DNA of 64,000 bases from Burkholderiales bacterium. GTDB taxonomy: Bacteria > Pseudomonadota > Gammaproteobacteria > Burkholderiales > SG8-39. Made by a program: the position numbers and the translations under genes. The DNA is taken from the NCBI GenBank assembly GCA_044870335.1, contig JBIOYV010000131.1, forward strand, positions 565 to 64,564, written 5' to 3'. Positions 53,878 to 62,067 of the stretch are shown in pieces. Position 1 is the first letter of the stretch. Every line of letters begins with the position of its first letter. Below the pieces are notes generated by a model that had not been told where the DNA came from, made no database searches, and was given only the letters and a program-made list of their open reading frames with translations.

Positions 53878-54431
53878 TTCACGATCCGCAGGTGAAACCA
53901 GAGGCTGTTCGCCGGAAGGATGAAAGCGAAATGCTTCTCGTAGCTTCTCACCGAGAGCCGCGCCAATCCCCTGGCGAGCAGCGAGAACGGAAACGACTTG
54001 CCGAAGTCGATTCCCCTGTCCAGCATGCGGAAGCGGCAGCTCGAATAGAAATTGCTGTGCCGGGTGTCCTCGGTGAAATAGTCCAGCGAATCGAACGCGA
54101 GATGCCGCACGTGGGTGGGGTCCTGGTAGGAATAGAGGCTGGAAAAATGCGGCGTCGTGATGATCACGTCGGCGTCCGGCCGGCCGATCCTGTGCACCTC
54201 TTCCATGAGACCGACGACGTTTCGCACGTGCTCGATCACGTTTCGCAGGAGCACCACGTCGCACGAGCCAGCCGCCACCGGGTAGGGATAGACATCGAGG
54301 TCGTGCTGGACGTCCGCGTGGGCGTTTCCCGCGTAGTCGACTCCCAGCGCGCCGGGAAGCTTGTTCTGGCCGCAGCCCAGGTCGACCACCTGCCGTCCCT
54401 GGCACAGGCGTTCAATGTCGCGGCTGTTCAC
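53874..54431 (-). CDS. class I SAM-dependent methyltransferase
   Basis: 185 aa. SAM motif VVDLGCGQN and VLLRNVIEHV. ATGA overlap with the waaL start. Confidence 0.75.
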   Translation of the reverse strand: MNSRDIERLCQGRQVVDLGCGQNKLPGALGVDYAGNAHADVQHDLDVYPYPVAAGSCDVVLLRNVIEHVRNVVGLMEEVHRIGRPDADVIITTPHFSSLYSYQDPTHVRHLAFDSLDYFTEDTRHSNFYSSCRFRMLDRGIDFGKSFPFSLLARGLARLSVRSYEKHFAFILPANSLWFHLRIVK

Positions 54432-54458
54432 CGTCGTTCTCCCATGCCTCCAGTGTAG

Positions 54459-55391
54459 TCATTCGAGCCAGTGTGTAAGCGCAGGCGTGGGCGGCGGCAG
54501 GGCGGCGCCCGCGCGCACGGGCGTCACGCCCAGCCCCAGCTCCGCCGCATCGCGCCAATCGGGCACCACGGCGCCGCGCATCTCGGCCACGCCGAAGGAT
54601 GGCGCATCCCGGCTCATGCGAGGTGGCGGCAGGAGGGCGCGGGTCGCGGGCCCGAGCGCATTGGCGGCCCAGTGCGAAAAGCTCGAGGTGGGCGTGGCGA
54701 TGAGCGTGGTGCAGCAGGCAAGTCCGAAAAGATCGACCACCGGGCTGCCCTCGGAACTGTGGCCCGGCAGCAGCGCCTTGTAGCGGAACACCGGCGGCAG
54801 GGTGACGATATCGAATCGCCGCCGCAGGCGCTCGATCACGCCCGGGTCGCCGCTGTAGCCGACGACGAAGTAGACCCCGGGAAAACCCTGCGCATAGCGC
54901 TCCATGACGTGCTCGTACCACCAGAGCGCGGGTGCGGGATGCCGATGCGCAGTGGCATCGTAGCTCTCGCCGGACACGTGGAAGTCGCCCTGGCGCAGGT
55001 GGACACCGACGGCAGGCCGCTCGCCGTAGCGCGCCAGCGCCTCGCGGATGGCCGACGCGATGAGCGGGTGCGGCTTCAGGCGCGCCGCGGTCGGAAGCGT
55101 GTATCTGCGCTGCAGCTCGCGCGGGCCGTAGGTCGAGCGCAGATTGATGATCCGCACCTTCTCGAGGGTATCCAGCGTCGGCTCGTCGAAATCGCGCAGC
55201 TTGAGGCTGCCGATGCGGTCCCAGGGCGGCATGCGCCGGCGAGTCGTCCCGGCGATCCTCAGGCTGTCCTTTTCCGGCCAGCTGAGATGGATCTGGTGGC
55301 CGAAGCGGTCCTGGATCATGCACGCGAGCACCAGCGCTTCCAGGCGGTTGCCCAGTCCGGAAAAGTTGGAGATGTAGATCCGCCCGGTCAC
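54459..55391 (-). CDS. hypothetical protein, putative GDP-fucose-dependent glycosyltransferase (GT11/GT23/O-FucT-like motifs)
   Basis: GTG at 55391 overlaps the stop of the upstream gene (GTGA). 310 aa. The N-terminus IYISNFSGLGNRLEALVLA and the internal GVHLRQGDF resemble fucosyltransferase-superfamily motifs. The functional assignment is tentative. Confidence 0.55.
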   Translation of the reverse strand: MTGRIYISNFSGLGNRLEALVLACMIQDRFGHQIHLSWPEKDSLRIAGTTRRRMPPWDRIGSLKLRDFDEPTLDTLEKVRIINLRSTYGPRELQRRYTLPTAARLKPHPLIASAIREALARYGERPAVGVHLRQGDFHVSGESYDATAHRHPAPALWWYEHVMERYAQGFPGVYFVVGYSGDPGVIERLRRRFDIVTLPPVFRYKALLPGHSSEGSPVVDLFGLACCTTLIATPTSSFSHWAANALGPATRALLPPPRMSRDAPSFGVAEMRGAVVPDWRDAAELGLGVTPVRAGAALPPPTPALTHWLE

Positions 55392-57223
55392 GAGGCGGCG
55401 GTGTTCGCCGCGCTGTATTCGGGCACCCACCGCGCGAGCTGCGCGCGCACCGCAGCCGGAGCGGTGTCGTCGGGCTGCGCGAGCCAGGCGAGCACTTCGT
55501 CCAGCAGCTCGGCGTCCTGCGGCGCGCGCGCCCGGGCGATGCGCAGCTTGGGATGGGGCGTGGCGAGCGTCTTCTCGGCGTCGGCGAGCGGCTCCTCGTA
55601 GAGCTTCTCGCCGGGCCGCAGTCCCGTGTACTCGATGCGGATGTCGGACTCGGACAGCCCCGAGAGCACGATCAGCTCCCGCGCCAGATCGGCGATGCGC
55701 ACCGGCTCGCCCATGTCGAGCACGAAGATCTCGCCGCCCCGGCCCATCAAGGCCGCCTGCAGCACAAGCTGCGCCGCCTCGGGGATCGACATGAAGTAGC
55801 GCTGCATCTGCGGGTCGGTGACGGTGACCGGTCCGCCGCGCGCGATCTGGTCGCGAAAGCGCGGCACGACGCTGCCGGTTGAGCCGAGGACATTGCCGAA
55901 GCGCACCACGACGTACTGGGTGTTCTCCCGGGCTTGCAGCGCTCCGCACACAATCTCCGCAAGGCGCTTGGACGCGCCCATGACGTTGACCGGGTTTACC
56001 GCCTTGTCGGTCGACACCAGCACGAACTTCGCTACGCCGGCGCGGCCCGCGGCGCGCGCCAGCACGGCGGTCGAAAGGACGTTGTTCTCCACCGCAGCGA
56101 AGGCGTTCTCGTCTTCCATGAGCGGCACATGCTTGTAGGCCGCGGCGTGGAACAGCGCGTGCGGCCGGTAGCGCGCCAGGACTTCCTGCACCCGGCGCGC
56201 GTCCTTGGCGTCTCCGATCACCGCGGCGACCGGCGGCGCGCCCGGCCGATCGCGGAATTCCTGCTCGATCGCGTAAAGGGCGTACTCGGAGCTCTCGAAG
56301 AGCACGATGCGCTGCGGCGCGAAGCGCGCGATCTGGCGGCAGAGCTCCGAGCCGATTGAGCCGCCGGCCCCGGTGACGAGCACCGTGCGGCCGTCGAGGA
56401 AGCCGTGCAGTCCCGCTTCATCGAGCTGCACCGGATCGCGCCCGAGCAGGTCGTCGAGCTCCACCTTGCGCAACGCCGACACGCTCACCTTCCCGGAGAC
56501 GATGTCTGCGATCGCGGGGACGGTCATGACGCCGATGCCGCGCGCGGCGCACAAGTCGAGCGCGCGCCGGCGCACGGCGTGGGGCGCCCCCGGCATCGCG
56601 ATGATCGCGTGCCGCACCTCCAGGCGCTCGGCGAGGTCGCCCACCTGCGCGATCGGGCCGAGCACCTTCTCGCCGAAGAGCTCGGCGCCGCGCTTGCGCG
56701 CATCGTCGTCGAGCAGCCCGACCACGCGCCAGGCCGGGTTCGCCGCGAGCTCCTTCAGGAGAAGCGCGGCCGCCCTGCCGGCGCCGATCACCAGAACGGG
56801 CGTCGCCTCGGGCTTGGTGACGATGGAGCCGAGCTGGCCCTCCTTCCACGCCCGATACGCGATCCGGCTGCCCGCCATCAGGGCTGCCAGCAGCACCGGC
56901 GTGAGGAGATACACCGACCGCGGCACCACGAAGCCCCCCCGCACCAGCGCGAAGAGCGCCGGCACGGCGAGCGCGCCCGTTCCCACGGCCAGGACGATGC
57001 GGCGCAGGTCGGGAAGGCTCGCGAAGCGCCACAGCCCGCGGTAGAGGCCGAAGCCGAGAAAGGCTGCTGCATAGACCGCCACCGCCCATGGCAGGCTCGC
57101 CAGCATCGAACGTGAGAACTCCGCCGGAATGTCGAGATTGAACCGTAGCCAGAAGGCGAGGACCCACGCCGCCGCGGCGGCAGTGACGTCGTGCAGCACG
57201 GCAAGCACGCGGCGCCAATTCAT
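55388..57223 (-). CDS. membrane-anchored nucleotide-sugar 4,6-dehydratase/epimerase (CapD/WbpM/PglF family)
   Basis: ATG at 57223. 611 aa. Four N-terminal TM segments, then VLVTGAGGSIGSEL...STDKAVNP.NVMGASKRLAE. Confidence 0.9.
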   Translation of the reverse strand: MNWRRVLAVLHDVTAAAAAWVLAFWLRFNLDIPAEFSRSMLASLPWAVAVYAAAFLGFGLYRGLWRFASLPDLRRIVLAVGTGALAVPALFALVRGGFVVPRSVYLLTPVLLAALMAGSRIAYRAWKEGQLGSIVTKPEATPVLVIGAGRAAALLLKELAANPAWRVVGLLDDDARKRGAELFGEKVLGPIAQVGDLAERLEVRHAIIAMPGAPHAVRRRALDLCAARGIGVMTVPAIADIVSGKVSVSALRKVELDDLLGRDPVQLDEAGLHGFLDGRTVLVTGAGGSIGSELCRQIARFAPQRIVLFESSEYALYAIEQEFRDRPGAPPVAAVIGDAKDARRVQEVLARYRPHALFHAAAYKHVPLMEDENAFAAVENNVLSTAVLARAAGRAGVAKFVLVSTDKAVNPVNVMGASKRLAEIVCGALQARENTQYVVVRFGNVLGSTGSVVPRFRDQIARGGPVTVTDPQMQRYFMSIPEAAQLVLQAALMGRGGEIFVLDMGEPVRIADLARELIVLSGLSESDIRIEYTGLRPGEKLYEEPLADAEKTLATPHPKLRIARARAPQDAELLDEVLAWLAQPDDTAPAAVRAQLARWVPEYSAANTAAS

Positions 57224-58185
57224 CCCCGCGCCCCGTGCCGCGACCACTGCACATCGACCCACAGCGCAGCCGCGCCGAGGAGGGCGGCGCCGGCGGCGAA
57301 AGCCGCGAGCTGCAGCCCCGGCGACTGCGCGCGGCCGAGCAGCGCGAAGGCCGCACAGGCGCACATCACCGCATAGCCGATGAGCGCGGCGCTGCGGTGG
57401 CCGAGCCCCATGCGCACGATGCGCTGATAGTAATGCTCGCGGTGCGCTTCCCACACCTTCTCGCGGCGCGCAAGGCGCCGGATAAACGTCACGGTGGCGT
57501 CGGCGTTGAACGGCCCGAACACGAGCACCGGGAACCACAGCGGCCACGCGTCGTGGCGCCAGCCGACGATGCCGAGCGCCGCGGCGAGGAACCCGAGCGG
57601 GATCGAGCCCACGTCGCCGAGGAAGATTCGCGCGGGATGGAAATTGTGGGTCAGGAAGCCGAGCGCAGCCGCGGCGATAGCGGCACACAGCGTCGCGAGG
57701 GCGGCCTCGCCCGCCAGCCCGGCGGCGATCGCGTACGCCGAGAATCCGATGAGCGCCATGCCGCCGGCCACGCCGTCGGCGCCGTCCATGAAGTTGTACA
57801 GGTTGGTGATCCACACCACCGCCACGACCAGCAGCAGCATCTCGAGCGGATGCATCGGGGAGAGCGCATACCAGACCAGCAGCGCCGCGGCGGCGAAATG
57901 CGCTGCGAACCGCATCCTGCGAGGCAAACCGCGCACATCGTCATGGAGCGAGACCGCGGCGAGCGCCAGGGCGAGCGCCATCGGCAGCCAGAGCTGCGCG
58001 CCGATGAAGGCCACCGCGCTCGCCGTGCCCGCGAGCACCGCGAGGCCTCCGGTGCGCGGCACCGGCGTGACGTGCAGCGAGCGCGCGTTCGGCTCGTCGA
58101 GCGCGAAGGAGCGCCAGCGCGAGAGCAGCACGCGGACCATCGCGAAGGAAACGAGGAACGAAAGCGCTGTCGACGCCGCAACCAT
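57220..58185 (-). CDS. family-4 glycosyltransferase, undecaprenyl-phosphate sugar-1-phosphate transferase (WecA/WbpL-like)
   Basis: 321 aa, polytopic. NLYNFMDGADG and FLGDVGS motifs. Confidence 0.85.
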   Translation of the reverse strand: MVAASTALSFLVSFAMVRVLLSRWRSFALDEPNARSLHVTPVPRTGGLAVLAGTASAVAFIGAQLWLPMALALALAAVSLHDDVRGLPRRMRFAAHFAAAALLVWYALSPMHPLEMLLLVVAVVWITNLYNFMDGADGVAGGMALIGFSAYAIAAGLAGEAALATLCAAIAAAALGFLTHNFHPARIFLGDVGSIPLGFLAAALGIVGWRHDAWPLWFPVLVFGPFNADATVTFIRRLARREKVWEAHREHYYQRIVRMGLGHRSAALIGYAVMCACAAFALLGRAQSPGLQLAAFAAGAALLGAAALWVDVQWSRHGARG

Positions 58186-58197
58186 GCGGTGCGGATT

Positions 58198-58998
58198 CTA
58201 GAAGCCTTTGTACCAGCGCGCCGTGGCGCGCAGGCCTTCCTCCGGCGTGAATGGCGGCCGCCAGCCGAGATCCGTGCGAATGGCAGAGTCATCGACTTCC
58301 AGGAAGCCGGCGAGCTTCTCGGGCAGCAGGCCGGGCGGGAACGGGAACAGCCGCGCCGGCTTGTCCAGCGCGCGGCCGAGCGCCTCGCACCATTGCGCGG
58401 TCGAGCGGCTGGCGCCGTCGGACACCAGGAATGTTCCTTCGCGCTCCAGGCAGCTCAGGATCGCGTCGACCAGGTTTTCGAGGTACACCAGGCTCCTGCG
58501 GTTTTTCACCGAGGCGAGGGGCAGCGGCACGCCGCGCGCGATCGCGCGAGTCAGGGCGAGGAAGTTGGCCTTGACGCCGGGTCCGTAGATGAGCGGCGGA
58601 CGCAGCACGGCGAGGCGCAACCCGGGGACGGCGCGCAACGCATCTTCGGCCTTCGCCTTCGATTCTGCGTAGGCGTCGCGCGGGGCGATCGGCGAGCGCT
58701 CGGTGAACGGCGCGGCCGAGACTTCGCCGTGCACCTTCACCGAGCTCAGGAACACCAGGCGCGCGCCATGCGCGGCGGCCGCCTGGCCGACTTGCTTCGC
58801 AAGGCCGACGTTCACTCGCTCGAGCTCGGCCGCTTCGGCGCGGCGGTGCGCGATGGCGGCGAGGTGGACGACGACGTCTCCCGCGGCGAAGCCGGCGCTG
58901 CGCAGGTCGAGGCCCACCGCTTCGTGACCCGCGCGCCGCACGGCGGCGCAGAGCGCGCGGCCCACGAATCCGGAGGCGCCCGTGACTACGACGCGCAC
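58198..58998 (-). CDS. NAD-dependent epimerase/dehydratase family protein
   Basis: GTG at 58998 (VRVVVTGASGFVG...). YAESKAKAE (YxxxK). An alternative GTG lies at 59010. The rest of track ORF 58198..60393 is antisense to manC. Confidence 0.75.
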   Translation of the reverse strand: MRVVVTGASGFVGRALCAAVRRAGHEAVGLDLRSAGFAAGDVVVHLAAIAHRRAEAAELERVNVGLAKQVGQAAAAHGARLVFLSSVKVHGEVSAAPFTERSPIAPRDAYAESKAKAEDALRAVPGLRLAVLRPPLIYGPGVKANFLALTRAIARGVPLPLASVKNRRSLVYLENLVDAILSCLEREGTFLVSDGASRSTAQWCEALGRALDKPARLFPFPPGLLPEKLAGFLEVDDSAIRTDLGWRPPFTPEEGLRATARWYKGF

Positions 58999-59037
58999 CG
59001 CGCGCGGCACCGCCGCAGAGCCGCTAGAATCCTCACC

Positions 59038-60456
59038 ATGGGGCTGCGATTCTATCCGGTCATCCTTTCCGGCGGCTCGGGCACGCGCCTGTGGCCGATG
59101 TCGCGCAAGCTCCTGCCCAAGCAGTTCCTCGCGCTGCTTTCGCGCCACACGCTGCTCCAGGAAACGGCGCTGCGCGTGCGTCCGCTCGCCGGCTGCGAGC
59201 CGCCGATCGTGGTGTGCAACGATGAGCAGCGGTTTCTCGCCGCGGACCAGCTGCGCGAGATCGGCGTGCAGGCCGCGCCGATGATCCTCGAGCCGGTCGG
59301 GCGCAACACCGCGCCGGCCATCGCGGTCGCCGCGCTCGCTGCGCGCGAGCGCAGCGCGGACGCGCTGCTGCTCGTGCTTCCCTCGGACCACACCATCACC
59401 CGGCCCGAGGCGTTCCGCCAGGACGCCGCCACCGCGCTCGAGCTCGCGAGCCGCGGCTACCTCGCCACGTTCGGCATCGTTCCTTCCGCGCCGGAGACCG
59501 GCTTCGGCTACATCGAGCGCGGCGCGCCGCTCGAGGGGGCCGCGTGCAAGGTGGCGAGCTTCCGCGAAAAGCCCGACCGCGCAGCCGCCGAGGGGTTCGT
59601 CGCGAGCGGCCGGTTCCTCTGGAACAGCGGCATGTTCGCGTTCTCCGCCGCGAAGTACCTCGAAGAGCTCGCGCGCCTGCGGCCGGAGATGCTCGCCGCA
59701 GTCGGCAAGGCGTACTCGAAGAGCGCACGCGATCTCGACTTCCTGCGCCTCGACCGCGCGGCGTTCGCAGCCTGCCCCTCCGATTCGATCGACTACGCCG
59801 TCATGGAAAAGACCGCCGACGCGGTCGTGGTGCAGAGCGACCCGGGATGGAGCGACGTCGGCACCTGGAGCGCCCTCTGGGGCATCAGCCCGAAGGACGC
59901 CGCAGGCAACGTCGCCGTGGGCGACGTCTACCTGCGCGACTCCGGCGGCTGCTACGTCCGCTCCGAGAAGCGGCATGTCGCGGCGATCGGCCTCAAGGAC
60001 GTCGTGGTGGTCGAGACCGAGGACGCGCTGCTCGTCGCCGCCCGGGAGCGCAGCCAGGACGTGAAGGAGGCGGTGGCCAACCTCGAGGCCAAGGCGCGCA
60101 CCGAGCACGTCTCGCACACGCGCGTGCACCGTCCGTGGGGCTACTACGAGAGCGTGGACGCCGGCGAGCGTTTCCAGGTCAAGCGCATCATGGTCCAGCC
60201 CGGCGCGGCGCTCTCGCTGCAGATGCACCACCACCGAGCCGAGCACTGGGTCGTGGTCTCCGGGACGGCGAAGGTGACGCGCGGCGAGGCCGAGCTCCTC
60301 GTGTCGGAAAACGAATCGGTGTTCATCCCGATCGGGATGAAGCACCGGCTCGAGAACCCCGGCAGGATGCCGCTCTACCTCATCGAGGTGCAATCGGGCG
60401 GGTACCTCGGCGAGGACGACATCGTGCGCTTCGAGGACCGCTACAAGCGCAATTGA
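59038..60456 (+). CDS. manC: mannose-1-phosphate guanylyltransferase / mannose-6-phosphate isomerase
   Basis: ATG at 59038 (MGLRFYPVILSGGSGTRLWPMSR...). 472 aa. C-terminal cupin domain with HHRAEHWVVV. Confidence 0.9.
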   Translation: MGLRFYPVILSGGSGTRLWPMSRKLLPKQFLALLSRHTLLQETALRVRPLAGCEPPIVVCNDEQRFLAADQLREIGVQAAPMILEPVGRNTAPAIAVAALAARERSADALLLVLPSDHTITRPEAFRQDAATALELASRGYLATFGIVPSAPETGFGYIERGAPLEGAACKVASFREKPDRAAAEGFVASGRFLWNSGMFAFSAAKYLEELARLRPEMLAAVGKAYSKSARDLDFLRLDRAAFAACPSDSIDYAVMEKTADAVVVQSDPGWSDVGTWSALWGISPKDAAGNVAVGDVYLRDSGGCYVRSEKRHVAAIGLKDVVVVETEDALLVAARERSQDVKEAVANLEAKARTEHVSHTRVHRPWGYYESVDAGERFQVKRIMVQPGAALSLQMHHHRAEHWVVVSGTAKVTRGEAELLVSENESVFIPIGMKHRLENPGRMPLYLIEVQSGGYLGEDDIVRFEDRYKRN

Positions 60457-61160
60457 TGGCGCACCGGGACATCACCGTGTCGGTGGTGAGCCACGGACAG
60501 AACGCGCTTGTGAACACCCTGTTGCAGGATCTCGGCGCGCATTGCGGCGCGATCCAGCTCCTCATCACCGAGAACATTCCGGACCGAACCCCGCTCTCGC
60601 GCCCGGGCGTCGCGAACGGCCAGCCCAAGGGCTTCGGCGCCAATCACAACGCCGCCTTTCAGCGTTGCGACACCGCTTACTTCTGCGTCTGTAATCCCGA
60701 CATCCGGCTGGTGTCGGATCCGTTCGGCGCGCTGGTGCAAGCCCTGCAGCAGGACGGCGTTGCGGTGGTCGGGCCGCTGGTGCGCCATCCTTCCGGCAAG
60801 GTCGAGGACAGCGCGCGCCGCTTTCCTACCGCCGCGTCGCTTGCGCGCAAGCTGCTTGCGCGCGAGTCCGGACCCGACTATCCGACCGACCGCGGGGCAA
60901 TCGACGTGGACTGGGTCGCGGGCATGTTCATGGTATTCAACGCCGCCGCGTTCCGCGGCATCGGCGGCTTCGACGAGCGCTATTTCCTGTACTACGAGGA
61001 CGTCGACCTGTGCCGGCGGCTGCACGCGGCCCGCAGGCGCGTGCTTTATGAACCCCGCAGCGAAGTCGTCCACGACGCGCGGCGTGGAAGCCGGCGGAAT
61101 CCGCGGCTCGCATTGCGCCACGCGCTGAGCATGGGGCGCTACTTTCTTTCTAGGGAGTGA
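60456..61160 (+). CDS. family-2 glycosyltransferase
   Basis: ATG at 60456 overlaps the manC stop (TGATG). 234 aa. ITVSVVSHGQ...FGANHN...YYEDVDLCRR is typical of a GT2 (rhamnosyltransferase-like) C-terminal motif. Confidence 0.75.
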   Translation: MAHRDITVSVVSHGQNALVNTLLQDLGAHCGAIQLLITENIPDRTPLSRPGVANGQPKGFGANHNAAFQRCDTAYFCVCNPDIRLVSDPFGALVQALQQDGVAVVGPLVRHPSGKVEDSARRFPTAASLARKLLARESGPDYPTDRGAIDVDWVAGMFMVFNAAAFRGIGGFDERYFLYYEDVDLCRRLHAARRRVLYEPRSEVVHDARRGSRRNPRLALRHALSMGRYFLSRE

Positions 61161-62067
61161 GCGGCCCGCTGCGACCTAGGAGACCGTGCCAAAGGCCGAG
61201 CAGCATGTATCTGAGCCGCTCGATTCGCGGCGGCACGAACAGGGGAAAGAAGAAGAGACGCAGCACAAGCCTCCTCGCCTCATTCAGCTTCCAGGCCACG
61301 GGTGTGTACGGCGCCCGCCATAGCAGGACCGCATTGCGAAAAAGATAATAGTGGCGGTAGGGCCGATAGAGCTGGATCTTGCGGGCCGTGAGCGGCACTC
61401 CCACCGCATCGTCGCCAAGGCGATGATCCATGCGCGCGTCGCAGACGCCGAACAGGCCGTATCCGGCGGACCGGGCGCGAAGCGACCACTCGGTGTCGAC
61501 ATGCTCGAGGAAGTAGCCCTCGTTTACCGCGCCGACCCGCCCGAGGACCGCGAGCGGGATCAGCGTTCCGGAAGAGATCAGGAAATCGCAGCGCACCTCC
61601 TCGGCACCGTCGCAGTTGTGCCCGCGCACGCTGAAGCGCGACATCCGGAAGAACGGCCATGACTTCCCCAGGCGGGGATCGTGAAAGCGCGGTCCCAGCG
61701 CGCCCACCTTCTCGCCCCTCGCAGCCAACCGGCGCTCGGCGGCGAGCATCCGGCTCACCATGTCGGGTGCCGGGCTGCTGTCCTGGTCCATCAGGAGGAC
61801 GTGCGTCGCCCCGCTCGCTCGCGCGCGTTCGATGCCCACATTGTGCGCGGCGCCGACCCCCGCGTTCCGGGAGAGGCAAGCAAGCTCCACGCCGTCGCCC
61901 TGGAGCGCTCGCACCGGGGCGAGGCTCGCGTCGTCGGAGGCGTTGTCGACGAGCACGATCTGCGCGACCTGGCTCCTCAGCGACTGCACGCAGGCGCGAA
62001 CGCCGTCGTCCGGCTGATACGTCACGATGACCGCGACCACCCGCGCGGCAGGGTCGAGGATGCTCAT
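61150..62067 (-). CDS. family-2 glycosyltransferase (rhamnosyltransferase-like)
   Basis: 305 aa. VAVIVTYQPD...LVDNAS...NAGVGAAHN...MDQDS...EHVDTEW. Confidence 0.8.
   Translation of the reverse strand: MSILDPAARVVAVIVTYQPDDGVRACVQSLRSQVAQIVLVDNASDDASLAPVRALQGDGVELACLSRNAGVGAAHNVGIERARASGATHVLLMDQDSSPAPDMVSRMLAAERRLAARGEKVGALGPRFHDPRLGKSWPFFRMSRFSVRGHNCDGAEEVRCDFLISSGTLIPLAVLGRVGAVNEGYFLEHVDTEWSLRARSAGYGLFGVCDARMDHRLGDDAVGVPLTARKIQLYRPYRHYYLFRNAVLLWRAPYTPVAWKLNEARRLVLRLFFFPLFVPPRIERLRYMLLGLWHGLLGRSGPLTP

Noticed and set aside
55392-55949. Apparent fusion ORF 54459..55949 (496 aa)
   Set aside because: The part upstream of GTG 55391 overlaps the 3' end of the wbpM-like gene in another frame and has Arg/Ala-rich composition. 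The GTGA coupling point gives a coherent 310-aa protein.
57235-59037. N-terminal 600 aa of the 1073-aa plus-strand ORF 57235..60456
   Set aside because: It is antisense to the GT4 transferase and epimerase genes. The ManC-like sequence starts only at ATG 59038. The same reasoning applies to the minus-strand ORF 58198..60393 beyond 58998, which is antisense to manC.
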